Origin: an uncultured Methanosarcinales archaeon
GTDB taxonomy: Archaea > Nanobdellota > Nanobdellia > Woesearchaeales > ARS49
Assembly: GCA_964572035.1 (NCBI GenBank)
Contig: CAZNDX010000005.1
Coordinates: 1 to 56,570, forward strand
DNA length: 56,570 bases
Direction: 5' to 3'
The notes below the pieces were generated by a model. It was not told where the DNA came from. It made no database searches and saw nothing but the letters and a program-made list of their open reading frames with translations. Position numbers and translations under genes: made by a program. This document shows positions 19,253 to 26,945 of the stretch, piece by piece; within the stretch, counting starts at the first letter, position 1, and every line of letters begins with the position of its first letter.

Positions 19253-19329
19253 TTGTTTGTCTCCCGGTGATTTCTATCGCCTCACACCGTGTTTGTTCAA
19301 CCCTTAGCCAGGCTGAACGTTTGGCTTTA
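19253..19329 (-). promoter_or_regulatory. Structured 5' leader of rps2 (candidate H-type pseudoknot plus hairpin)
   Basis: TATA box at 19352-19359 implies a start near 19329. The leader pairs AGCCA/UGGCU and GUUCAGCC/GGUUGAAC in pseudoknot order, then CGGUG/CACCG just before the GGGAG SD. Confidence 0.55.
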
Positions 19330-19352
19330 GAGAATAAACCCTTGAAGGCGCT

Positions 19353-19943
19353 TTATAAAGGTTGTGTTTTTTGTGAGTAAATAGTGGCCCAGTTTCCCGT
19401 CGTTTTTTCTTCTGTGTATTTTATAAGCGATTCAAATCCTGCGTCTTGTAGAAAGCTTTCAATTCCATCTAACGTATGATAGGAGAAGTATCTTCCGTTT
19501 TCAATTTCGTCTCCTGTTCCTATTTTTACTGATGTGTACATTATTCCTTTATTTTTTAGTATTTTTCTAAAACTGGCCAAAACAGAATTTAACTCGTGCT
19601 TTGGTATGTGTAAAAGTGATGCGCACGCCCATATTCCGTCAAAGCTTTCAGGACCAAAAATTATTCGACGCAGGTCCATTTTAATGAATTGAGCGCTGCA
19701 TCTTTTTTTGGCGTATTGTAAAAACTCGTCAACTAAATCAATTCCAACTACTTCATAACCTCTTTGTGAAAAATACTGGGCGTTTGTTCCAGTTCCGCAG
19801 CCGGCATCAAGTATCCTTTTTCCCTGTAAAGTATCAAGAATTCTCAAAAAATCTTCCTGATCACTCTCAACCATATTTTTTTCATATTTTTTTATGAAAT
19901 TTTGATGTTCTTTTTTGTACGCGCGAATTGTTTCTTCTATCAT
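19353..19943 (-). CDS. Class I SAM-dependent methyltransferase
   Basis: ILDAGCGTG motif I, VVGID, FDGIWACASLLH. Confidence 0.9.
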   Translation of the reverse strand: MIEETIRAYKKEHQNFIKKYEKNMVESDQEDFLRILDTLQGKRILDAGCGTGTNAQYFSQRGYEVVGIDLVDEFLQYAKKRCSAQFIKMDLRRIIFGPESFDGIWACASLLHIPKHELNSVLASFRKILKNKGIMYTSVKIGTGDEIENGRYFSYHTLDGIESFLQDAGFESLIKYTEEKTTGNWATIYSQKTQPL

Positions 19944-20461
19944 TTTGAGTGAAACTCCGCCAGTTCATTATAAGTGCTTCCTTCCGGGCCGAGTGTGCTT
20001 TGATAAAGAATTATTTTGTCAACTATGAACGTGTAAGGTTTTACCGGTATTTTCTTCAATAAATCAAGAAATCCTTGTTTTTCATTTATTTCCTTTATTC
20101 GCGCGAGAGTGATGTGCGGATGGAATCTTTCTTCTTTTGGATATAATTTTGAAAGCATTTTTTCTATTTTCTGCTGCAATTTTTCAAACGGCGCGTGAGG
20201 CTCAACTCCCAGCCAAACTACTTTGTCTGTGAACGTTCCTATTCCCTTTAGTTTTGCCTGGAATTGTTCAAATTCAACAAGTGATAGAGCTTGTTTTGTT
20301 TTTTCCAAGTCTTCAGGCATTACTTCGCCCAGGAATTTCAGAGTTAAATGTGGATGTTTTGATATTGTTAATTTTGCCTGTGTTTTGGGTAAGTGTTGCT
20401 GCAATTCTTCTATGTGTTTATTGATTTCATCCGATAGTGGAACCGCGATAAAAAGCCTCAT
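19940..20461 (-). CDS. thpR: RNA 2',3'-cyclic phosphodiesterase (2'-5' RNA ligase, LigT/ThpR)
   Basis: MRLFIAV N-terminus, two 2H motifs (HLTL, HITL), and QSTLGPEGSTY. Confidence 0.92.
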   Translation of the reverse strand: MRLFIAVPLSDEINKHIEELQQHLPKTQAKLTISKHPHLTLKFLGEVMPEDLEKTKQALSLVEFEQFQAKLKGIGTFTDKVVWLGVEPHAPFEKLQQKIEKMLSKLYPKEERFHPHITLARIKEINEKQGFLDLLKKIPVKPYTFIVDKIILYQSTLGPEGSTYNELAEFHSK

Positions 20462-20493
20462 ATAGAAATAAAAAATAAAAGAAGAATAAAAAT

Positions 20494-20889
20494 TTACTGC
20501 TGGTCTTCGCCGAAGTCTTCTGAGCCTTCGTCTGAAGCTTCTTCGGATGATTCGTCTCCAAATTCTTCTGAAGAAGATTCTTCAACTTGCTCGTCGCCAG
20601 AGTCGCTGCCCTCGTCTGCTGACGCTGCGCCTGCTCCGCCGACTACTTCGCCAAAGCCAACTTTGCGCAATACGCGCGTGACTTTGATTTTGACTTGCTG
20701 TCCTGCTTTTACGCCGGGTACGAAGATAACGAATCCGTTTTTCTTCGCGATGCCGTCGCCTTTTTCGCCGACTGCCTCTATGGTCACGTCTAGTTCTTCT
20801 CCAACCTTTACTGGTGGTGTTGGGCCGCCGAAGCCGCCGCCGTTTCCTCCGCCGCGGGAGAAGTTATTTCTTGGTCTATTTCCGTACAT
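20494..20889 (-). CDS. Single-TRAM-domain RNA-binding protein with Gly-rich N-terminus and acidic C-terminal tail
   Basis: PPVKVGEELDVTIEAVGEKGDGIAK..GFVIFVPG. Start ATG 20889 follows the SD AGGTGA. Confidence 0.9.
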   Translation of the reverse strand: MYGNRPRNNFSRGGGNGGGFGGPTPPVKVGEELDVTIEAVGEKGDGIAKKNGFVIFVPGVKAGQQVKIKVTRVLRKVGFGEVVGGAGAASADEGSDSGDEQVEESSSEEFGDESSEEASDEGSEDFGEDQQ

Positions 20890-20966
20890 GTTTTTTTTCA
20901 CCTATGTTCTGTATTTTTATGGGGTTACCCCCATAAGTTCGTCGCGTTTTTGTGGGTATATAAATG

Positions 20967-21107
20967 TTATGAAGAATCTAATTGATTTTCGTAAATCCAC
21001 TTTTTGAGAGTTGTCTTTACATTTGTTTGTCTTTTTTCACGACAGCAACCGCATTGCGCAAGATTTTTGTCATTTGTTATTCTCGCGTGCTCTACTCGCT
21101 TCCACAT
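20967..21107 (-). CDS. Small ORF of 46 aa, not in the ORF track (MWKRVEHARITNDKNLAQCGCCREKRQTNVKTTLKKWIYENQLDSS)
   Basis: SD GAGGT 6 nt before the ATG. It fills the gap between the radA stop and the TRAM promoter. Confidence 0.5.
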   Translation of the reverse strand: MWKRVEHARITNDKNLAQCGCCREKRQTNVKTTLKKWIYENQLDSS

Positions 21108-21135
21108 CTTGATACCTCTAAATTAAAAGAAAAAA

Positions 21136-22194
21136 TTAAGCGTCTTTGACGCCTTGTTCTGTTACTTGGAAGATTGCTTCTCCTTCTGGCATGCTTGGCG
21201 AGTCAACCATTTTCGCGACTCTTGTTCCTTTTTTGCCTCGGCGAAGGTATAATCTGTATGTGCTGTTGTGCGCAACGACGTGGCCTCCGATTGCCTCGGT
21301 TGGGTCGCCGAAGAACTGATCTGGTTTTGACATTACTTGATTGGTAACATAAACTGCCAGGTTGTGTTTCTCTGCGAGTTTCATCAACGCGTGCATGTGT
21401 TTGTTGATTCTTTGTTGTCTGTCTGCGAGTGTTCCTCTTCCAATGAATTCCGCTCTAAAGTGGGCGGTTAAGGAGTCAACAACAACCAACTTTACATTAA
21501 TTCCTTGCTTAATCAAGTCTTCAACTTTTTCGGCGAGAAGCATTTGGTGGTCTGAATTGAATGCTCTTGCGACTTTGATGTTTTTTAGCGCTGTTTGTGG
21601 GTCTAATCCACATCCTTCAGCGATTTGTTTAATTCGTTCCGGTCTGAATGTTCCTTCTGTATCTATATAGACAGCTGCGCCTTCAGCTCCTCCTTTTTCT
21701 TTTGGAAGCTGTACTCTTACCGCAAGTGTGTGCGCAATTTGTGATTTTCCTGAGCCGTATTGTCCGTACGCTTCAGTTATTGCGCCTGTTTCAAACCCGC
21801 CCATCATTAGAGTGTCAAACTCTTTACTGCCTACTGTGATTTTCATCATTTGTTCGCGCTTTTTAAGTAATTCTTCGCCTGTGGTGAATTCCATCTCCAA
21901 GTTTGCGCGTGCGATTGCGATTATTTTTTTGGCTGTCGCTTCTGATAATTCAGTTGCGCCAACTATTTCTCCAGGCGTAGCTACTGCAATTGATAGCAAG
22001 TCGTTGAATCCTGCTGCTGATAGTTTTTCTATGCTTGCGGGTCCTACTCCTGGAAGGTCTTCTACGCTTGAGATTTTCTTTTTTGGCTTTTCTTCATCCA
22101 TTTCTGTTGGTTTTTTCATGATTTCAACCGTTCCTTCTGGAGTATCAATAACTAGTGTGTTTTCTTCGTTGTCTATATACTTTTTGTTTGCCAT
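21136..22194 (-). CDS. radA: DNA repair and recombination protein RadA
   Basis: HhH N-domain (LPGVGPA), Walker A GQYGSGKS, YIDTEGTFRPER, VDSLTAHFRAEFIGRG, AVYVTNQV. SD GAAGGTGA. Confidence 0.98.
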   Translation of the reverse strand: MANKKYIDNEENTLVIDTPEGTVEIMKKPTEMDEEKPKKKISSVEDLPGVGPASIEKLSAAGFNDLLSIAVATPGEIVGATELSEATAKKIIAIARANLEMEFTTGEELLKKREQMMKITVGSKEFDTLMMGGFETGAITEAYGQYGSGKSQIAHTLAVRVQLPKEKGGAEGAAVYIDTEGTFRPERIKQIAEGCGLDPQTALKNIKVARAFNSDHQMLLAEKVEDLIKQGINVKLVVVDSLTAHFRAEFIGRGTLADRQQRINKHMHALMKLAEKHNLAVYVTNQVMSKPDQFFGDPTEAIGGHVVAHNSTYRLYLRRGKKGTRVAKMVDSPSMPEGEAIFQVTEQGVKDA

Positions 22195-22229
22195 GTTGTA
22201 TCACCTTCGGTTTTTATTGAATTTTTTTC

Positions 22230-22268
22230 AAAAAAATAAAAAAAAAATTCGGCAGCGGGGTACTGCCG
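22230..22268 (-). terminator. Hairpin plus U-tract terminator-like element between the 90-aa gene and radA
   Basis: Minus strand reads CGGCAG-taccccg-CTGCCG followed by a ~18-nt T-rich run. Confidence 0.6.
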
Positions 22269-22293
22269 GGGTTTTCGGTAGTGGTCTCACCTC

Positions 22294-22566
22294 TTAGTCG
22301 GCTGAAACCGAATCATCGGAATGTCCTGATAAGACGAGGTACTTGTACGCCTCTTCAAGAACAAGTGCTGCTTTTGGCAAGTCAGCGAGTCTTAGAGTGC
22401 TGCTAGTCTGCCATTGCCCGCTTTTGTCTGTGTAGCGGCGCTGTAAGCTGACAGTTTTTACTTCAAACGCCTTGCCGTCCTTTGTCTGGTGGGCGTTCTT
22501 CCATATCGTGGCACTGATTGCTCCAGTGCTGAATTTCTTTTCCGGTATGTTTTTTTGGTTTTCCAT
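22294..22566 (-). CDS. Small protein (90 aa), putative ssDNA/RNA-binding (PC4/SpoVG/Whirly-like beta-sheet plus helix)
   Basis: Pattern SATIWKN...VSLQRRYTDKSGQW..S.TL..DLPKAAL, i.e. aromatic/basic beta strands then a helix. SD GAGGT. Fold assignment is inference. Confidence 0.6.
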   Translation of the reverse strand: MENQKNIPEKKFSTGAISATIWKNAHQTKDGKAFEVKTVSLQRRYTDKSGQWQTSSTLRLADLPKAALVLEEAYKYLVLSGHSDDSVSAD

Positions 22567-22573
22567 GTTTTTT

Positions 22574-22660
22574 ACCTCTTGCTACCCTTTTTGGGTTCCT
22601 TTCGGATTCGCTTTTTGTTTCATCCCAAGGAAGGGGTTTCCCCCAAGCCCTGGGCGAGGT
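22574..22660 (-). promoter_or_regulatory. Structured 5' UTR whose closing stem covers the SD of the 90-aa gene
   Basis: ACCUC(GC) pairs with (GC)AAGAGGU, enclosing CCCAGGG..GGGG-GAAA-CCCC..CCUUGGG, UCC-GAAA-GGA and ACCC-AAAAA-GGGU. TATA box at 22689-22696. Confidence 0.55.
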
Positions 22661-22779
22661 GCTCTGATTTTGTTATTGTCTTGATTTGTTTATATATCTC
22701 AGGACGAATGCTGTCTAGTGTCCAGTGGTGTTTTATCGTCGAAGAAAGTATTTTATAGTTCAAATTCTGAAATTCTTTC

Positions 22780-23022
22780 ATGGATTTGAAAATAGGAAAA
22801 TATCGCCATTACAAGGGCAAATTATACGAAGTTGTTGGAGTGGCCAAGCATAGCGAAACACTTGAAGATTTGGTTGTTTACAAAGCATTATACAAGGGCG
22901 ATTTTCCTGAAGGTCAATTGTGGGTTCGTCCTAAATCGATGTTTCTTGAGACATTTGAGATTGGCGGTAAAAAAATTCCCCGCTTTGAATTTGTTGAGAA
23001 AGTTATAAAAAGCAGTTGTTAG
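22780..23022 (+). CDS. DUF1653-domain protein
   Basis: GKYRHYKGKLYEV..VAKHSETLEDLVVYKALY...LWVRP..MF...RFE family pattern. TTTTATAG 21 nt upstream. Confidence 0.85.
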   Translation: MDLKIGKYRHYKGKLYEVVGVAKHSETLEDLVVYKALYKGDFPEGQLWVRPKSMFLETFEIGGKKIPRFEFVEKVIKSSC

Positions 23023-23036
23023 TTTGTTGCGTTTCT

Positions 23037-23225
23037 ATGCCAGAATACAAAGCCAGCTACACAGTGTACAAAGATAACAAAACGACGACAGAAAACCGAA
23101 CTTATCATGCGAACAACCGTTCGGATGCTGAAAGAAAGGGTAAAGATTTAGTTGAAGTATTATCCAATAGTTTGGAAGCCCGTGTTGAGTTTCAATCTGT
23201 TAGCCTTAATGTAAGAAAAAAGTAA
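23037..23225 (+). CDS. Hypothetical protein (62 aa)
   Basis: Protein-like ORF between co-oriented genes. ATG 23037 follows TTATAAAA (23003-23010). Confidence 0.55.
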   Translation: MPEYKASYTVYKDNKTTTENRTYHANNRSDAERKGKDLVEVLSNSLEARVEFQSVSLNVRKK

Positions 23226-23271
23226 AAAGGTTTTTAATCTTATTTTCATTCTTTGACCTAGAGGTGATGTT

Positions 23272-23517
23272 ATGTTGAATCAAAAAGCGTTCGGTCTTGC
23301 GGGAGGTATTGTTTGGGGTCTTGGTTTAGCTATTTCAACCGCGATTTCTTTGTTTACTGGTTACGCGGGTTCCGTCCTTAGTTTGATTTCAAGTATCTAC
23401 CCGGGTTATTCCGTTTCAGGTCTTGGTATTTTGACCGGGGCGGTTTATGGTTTTATCGACGGCTTTATTGGCTGTTGGTTGTTCGCGTGGATTTACAATA
23501 AATTTGCGAAAAAATGA
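23272..23517 (+). CDS. Small Gly-rich 2-TM membrane protein (family often labelled 'bacteriophage holin')
   Basis: AFGLAGGIVWG...SIYPGY.....G..GAVYGFIDGFIG.WLFAWIYN. SD GAGGTGA. Confidence 0.7.
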   Translation: MLNQKAFGLAGGIVWGLGLAISTAISLFTGYAGSVLSLISSIYPGYSVSGLGILTGAVYGFIDGFIGCWLFAWIYNKFAKK

Positions 23518-23753
23518 GAAGAATATTTTTCGTTTTTATTTTGTTGTTGGTTGTTATAGCTTGCAAATCTCAAGGCAGAGCTTTTGAAATGCCCAAAGAC
23601 GAAGTCGCGAAAAGCGAGATAATTTCTCCACCTCCCGTTGTTGACTTAAGAGATTTGCCGAAACAAACTCCTCCTGGCCAGTTTGGTGAGGAGCAGCAAA
23701 AGTATTCTCATTTTGGCAGGGCGATAGAAACTTCTGATGGAGCGTCTCGTTAG
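23514..23753 (+). CDS. Putative lipoprotein/secreted protein (79 aa)
   Basis: MRR, hydrophobic core, then VIAC (lipobox-like). ATGA overlap with the upstream gene. Confidence 0.55.
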   Translation: MRRIFFVFILLLVVIACKSQGRAFEMPKDEVAKSEIISPPPVVDLRDLPKQTPPGQFGEEQQKYSHFGRAIETSDGASR

Positions 23754-24211
23754 ACGAAATTTTTTACGACAAAAAATAAGTTCAAAGCTATCATTATGAA
23801 GAATACTGCGTATTCCATTGCTCCATTTGTCATTATTGGTCCTCTTATTCGTAATGTCGTGATTGGGTAAAGGAGGTTGCATCCCATTCTGGTCAAACAA
23901 TCGCTAAGTAGGTGAGCCAAATATCCAGCGGCAAGAGGTATTCCTATTATGTCGTATCCTGTGAAGTGAAACAGTGCCCAAATTCCGATTGCTGGAAATA
24001 TGCTGTGAAAGAACCCTCTGTGCTTGAATAGTGTGGGTATCCAGCGGGTTAATGGCATCATTCTGTTTATTTTGCTGTTTTCGTGGTCTACGTCCGGCAA
24101 GAGACTGCCCAAGACCGCCAGCGGGATAAAAGTGTACCACGGTTGGTGCGCTATTGAGAATCCAACTAGTCCAGCGAGAAGTCCGAATTGCATATGTGTG
24201 CGGCCCATCAT
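23750..24211 (-). CDS. YdjM-like membrane-bound metal-dependent hydrolase
   Basis: MMGRTH, GSLLPDVDH, HRGFFHS, GYLAHLLSD motifs. Confidence 0.88.
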   Translation of the reverse strand: MMGRTHMQFGLLAGLVGFSIAHQPWYTFIPLAVLGSLLPDVDHENSKINRMMPLTRWIPTLFKHRGFFHSIFPAIGIWALFHFTGYDIIGIPLAAGYLAHLLSDCLTRMGCNLLYPITTLRIRGPIMTNGAMEYAVFFIMIALNLFFVVKNFV

Positions 24212-24244
24212 TTTAGAAAATTAGATTTTGTTTAGAATAAATAT

Positions 24245-25219
24245 CTATGGTTGTACTTTCGCAACTTCTTCTTCAGCTTTGGCTTTTTCTACCATATTTG
24301 CGACGAATTCTATTCTGTTGAAGAATGTGTTTTTCTTTGCTCTGCCGATGAACTTGTATTGTTCTCCCAATAATTCGGTTTTCATGTGTTCGAATGTGTG
24401 TGGTTCTTGTTTGTACGCTATCATTTGCTCTTTTGTTTTTGAAAGCAGTCTTTCCGCTTGATTTCTGAACAATACGATTCTCATGCTGTCTGTTCCGTCG
24501 TCCAAAAATACATTTACCAAATAACTGTAGTCTTGGTTTACCGCTCCGTGTTCTTCGCAGGTCCAGTGTCCTTCAACATCTTTTAGTCTGCCGCTGCATT
24601 GAGGGCATACTTCGAAGAATTTTGGGTCGAATACTTGTACGATTGTTCCCATTACTTCTACTGATTCGTCGCTTTCCTGTAAGTCTTTGAGATTTTTGCG
24701 TGTAGCTCCTATTTTGGCAGGTATTTCTGGCGCGCCTTCAGCGTTTAATGTGATTTTGCTTTGTTCGTTTAAGTGTAATTCTTTGTATCCGCGTTGGTTT
24801 TCTCTTACCATTGCGTTTGTTATTTTAATGCTCATTCCTTGCGTTAAGTTCTTGAGTATGTCCGCTTGGTTTCCCCAGGCTACAATGCGTATGACTCCCG
24901 TGTCATCTCCCACTAAAAAGTTGCCTACTTTGCCGCCTGTTCCGTCGGCTCTTTTGAATTCGCGTAGTTCGTATATTTGTGTTACTCTGCCTAGGGCTTC
25001 TGCGTTTCGCATTCCTGGCAGAAGGTCTCTGATTTTTCCGCTGTTTTCAACGAGTTTTACACCTAATTCGTTGGCGATTATGTGCGCGGCTCCTTCTTTG
25101 CTGATTAGTCCTGATAGTGATGCGCATTTTTCTTCTATTTTTTTGAGAAGTTCCGCTTCCGAGAGTCCTGACTGCTTTGTTATGCGGGCAATCATGTCAG
25201 GCAGTGGCATTCGTATCAT
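24245..25219 (-). CDS. Replication protein A-like OB-fold ssDNA-binding protein with Zn ribbon
   Basis: N-terminal GLISKEGAAHIIANELGV, OB folds (GDDTGVIRIVAWG, LDDGTDSMRIVLF) and CPQC...CEEH. Start MIRM follows SD GGGGGA. Confidence 0.87.
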   Translation of the reverse strand: MIRMPLPDMIARITKQSGLSEAELLKKIEEKCASLSGLISKEGAAHIIANELGVKLVENSGKIRDLLPGMRNAEALGRVTQIYELREFKRADGTGGKVGNFLVGDDTGVIRIVAWGNQADILKNLTQGMSIKITNAMVRENQRGYKELHLNEQSKITLNAEGAPEIPAKIGATRKNLKDLQESDESVEVMGTIVQVFDPKFFEVCPQCSGRLKDVEGHWTCEEHGAVNQDYSYLVNVFLDDGTDSMRIVLFRNQAERLLSKTKEQMIAYKQEPHTFEHMKTELLGEQYKFIGRAKKNTFFNRIEFVANMVEKAKAEEEVAKVQP

Positions 25220-25274
25220 TGTATCCCCCGTTTGCAAATAAATTTCATTCACAAGTGGTTTATTAAGATTTAGG

Positions 25275-26054
25275 TTATAGAGTAGGGCTTGTTTGGCTTG
25301 TTTTTTCCATTTTTATTGTGAAACATATTCTTTGGTGGAATGTTGTTCCAAAGAATTCTTGTGTCGATATCGGTATTATAAGGTTGTAGAAGTTGGGGGT
25401 TGCTGTTTCGTTTATTGCCCATCCATAAATGTCGGTGAAAACTTTGCTGCATTCTGCGGGGTTTTGATTTTTGTCGCAGATTTTCGTTATTGTTCCTATT
25501 GTGTCTGCCCAGCTTTCATATTCGCGTAGTTTGTTTGCTCTGTCAATTTCAACTACAGGTCTGTAACTGAATTGTCCAACATCGTCAACGAAGTTTATCG
25601 TTATTTGTTTTTTCGAGCTGACTAGTATGTCTGTTCCATCAACTCCCAGTAAAAAGTCTGTTTCTATTGGCTCGAATCCTTCATCTTGTCCAAGGTATGA
25701 GAGGTATGGTTTTAGGTAATAGTTGAATCTGTTTGTTAGCTCTGGTTCGAATGTTTCAGGCAGTCGGGGCGCTGTGCATTCTTGTGGGTTGGGTTCTTCT
25801 GTTTGTGAGCTTGTTATTTTCGCGTTTAATACGTCAAGCAAAGCGCTGTCAAACGCTTCTTTGCTGGCTGTTTTCAAATATGATTCAAAGAACTTCATTT
25901 CGTTGTTTGTGTTTAATATTTTTGTCTGGTGTTCTCCCAGTGTTGAGACTTGGTTGAATTTTGTTTGTACTTGGATGAATATTATGACTAGTCCTATTAT
26001 TACAACAAGCAATAGAAGCGCGGCGTAATCAATTCCTTTTTTGTTCAAACGCAC
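25275..26054 (-). CDS. Pilin-like protein, class III signal peptide (KKG|IDY)
   Basis: Basic leader, G cleavage site, 20-aa hydrophobic helix and soluble domain with Cys. The start may be TTG 26048, overlapping the upstream TGA. Confidence 0.7.
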   Translation of the reverse strand: MRLNKKGIDYAALLLLVVIIGLVIIFIQVQTKFNQVSTLGEHQTKILNTNNEMKFFESYLKTASKEAFDSALLDVLNAKITSSQTEEPNPQECTAPRLPETFEPELTNRFNYYLKPYLSYLGQDEGFEPIETDFLLGVDGTDILVSSKKQITINFVDDVGQFSYRPVVEIDRANKLREYESWADTIGTITKICDKNQNPAECSKVFTDIYGWAINETATPNFYNLIIPISTQEFFGTTFHQRICFTIKMEKTSQTSPTL

Positions 26055-26512
26055 ACCTCTGAGAATAAGTATATTTTTTGTGGAGGTAATGGTATGTATC
26101 TTCCTTCGTTATATGTTGATTGGGCTGTGTAAAAGTATGTGTTGAAGTTTTTGTTGCAGTTTTCTGAGTCCGTTTTGGCTTTTACTTTGAATGTGCAGTC
26201 AACTATTGGTGGTTTTCCTTCTTTTTTATTGCAGTTTGTTACTTCAACAACATCGTATTTTTGTTTTAGAACGTCTGTTAGTTTTTGTTGTATTGATTGT
26301 GGTTCTCCTTCAAAGATTGAGGGGTTTTGGGATATTTGTTCGCTCAGGTATGTTTCCATTGATTGGAATGCAATTTCGCCGTCTATGCTGCTTTGTTGTT
26401 TGGCCGTTCCTGATATTCCCAACCAGATATAAAATATCATTATTAACAATGCTATCGCTAATGATGAAAAAATTAATGATATTGCGTCTACTTCTGCTTT
26501 TTTATTGGTCAT
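26045..26512 (-). CDS. Pilin-like protein, class III signal peptide (KKA|EVD)
   Basis: MTNKKA followed by a hydrophobic helix; three Cys. Start moved from 26536 to 26512. Confidence 0.7.
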   Translation of the reverse strand: MTNKKAEVDAISLIFSSLAIALLIMIFYIWLGISGTAKQQSSIDGEIAFQSMETYLSEQISQNPSIFEGEPQSIQQKLTDVLKQKYDVVEVTNCNKKEGKPPIVDCTFKVKAKTDSENCNKNFNTYFYTAQSTYNEGRYIPLPPQKIYLFSEVCV

Positions 26513-26945
26513 ATCGTGGCGCGTATATTTGGTCAACGTATATTGTTGGATAGCTTGTTCCTGAGACGTAAAAGAGACCTTGATAATTTTTGTAACCGAC
26601 TCCTGCTAATGGTCTCGCGTCTTCATAGTATTGTTTATTGATGTACAATGTTTCTCCTGCTTCTATTTTTACTCCAAAGTCTTTCTTCTGTGGTGTCGAG
26701 TAAGCTATCGCTTGTTTTGGATCGAAGTAGGGTTGTCCTTCTTGATATCCTAGAGTTGGTGATGTTGGCGTTAAACTATTCAATATTCTTTGTTGCATTA
26801 TTGTAGCGTCAAGATTGGTTGGTTGTACTGATGAGTTTAGAACTGATGTTGGTACGACAATTAAAGCAACTATTACAACTAATGTTAAGGGTATGTAAAA
26901 GAACCATCCTATCAAATCCCAATCAGCAAACGCTTTTTTGTTCAC
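26502..26945 (-). CDS. Pilin-like protein, class III signal peptide (KKA|FAD)
   Basis: MNKKA followed by a hydrophobic helix. GTGA overlap with the upstream gene. Confidence 0.65.
   Translation of the reverse strand: MNKKAFADWDLIGWFFYIPLTLVVIVALIVVPTSVLNSSVQPTNLDATIMQQRILNSLTPTSPTLGYQEGQPYFDPKQAIAYSTPQKKDFGVKIEAGETLYINKQYYEDARPLAGVGYKNYQGLFYVSGTSYPTIYVDQIYAPRYDQ

Noticed and set aside
22574-22660. RNase P RNA, SRP RNA or hammerhead ribozyme
   Set aside because: Too short and lacks GAGGAAAGUCC, the SRP helix-8 motif or CUGAUGA cores. It is better explained as a leader.
23272-23517. Provirus suggested by the holin-like protein
   Set aside because: No capsid, terminase, integrase or att-like repeats nearby. 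The family label does not demonstrate lysis function.
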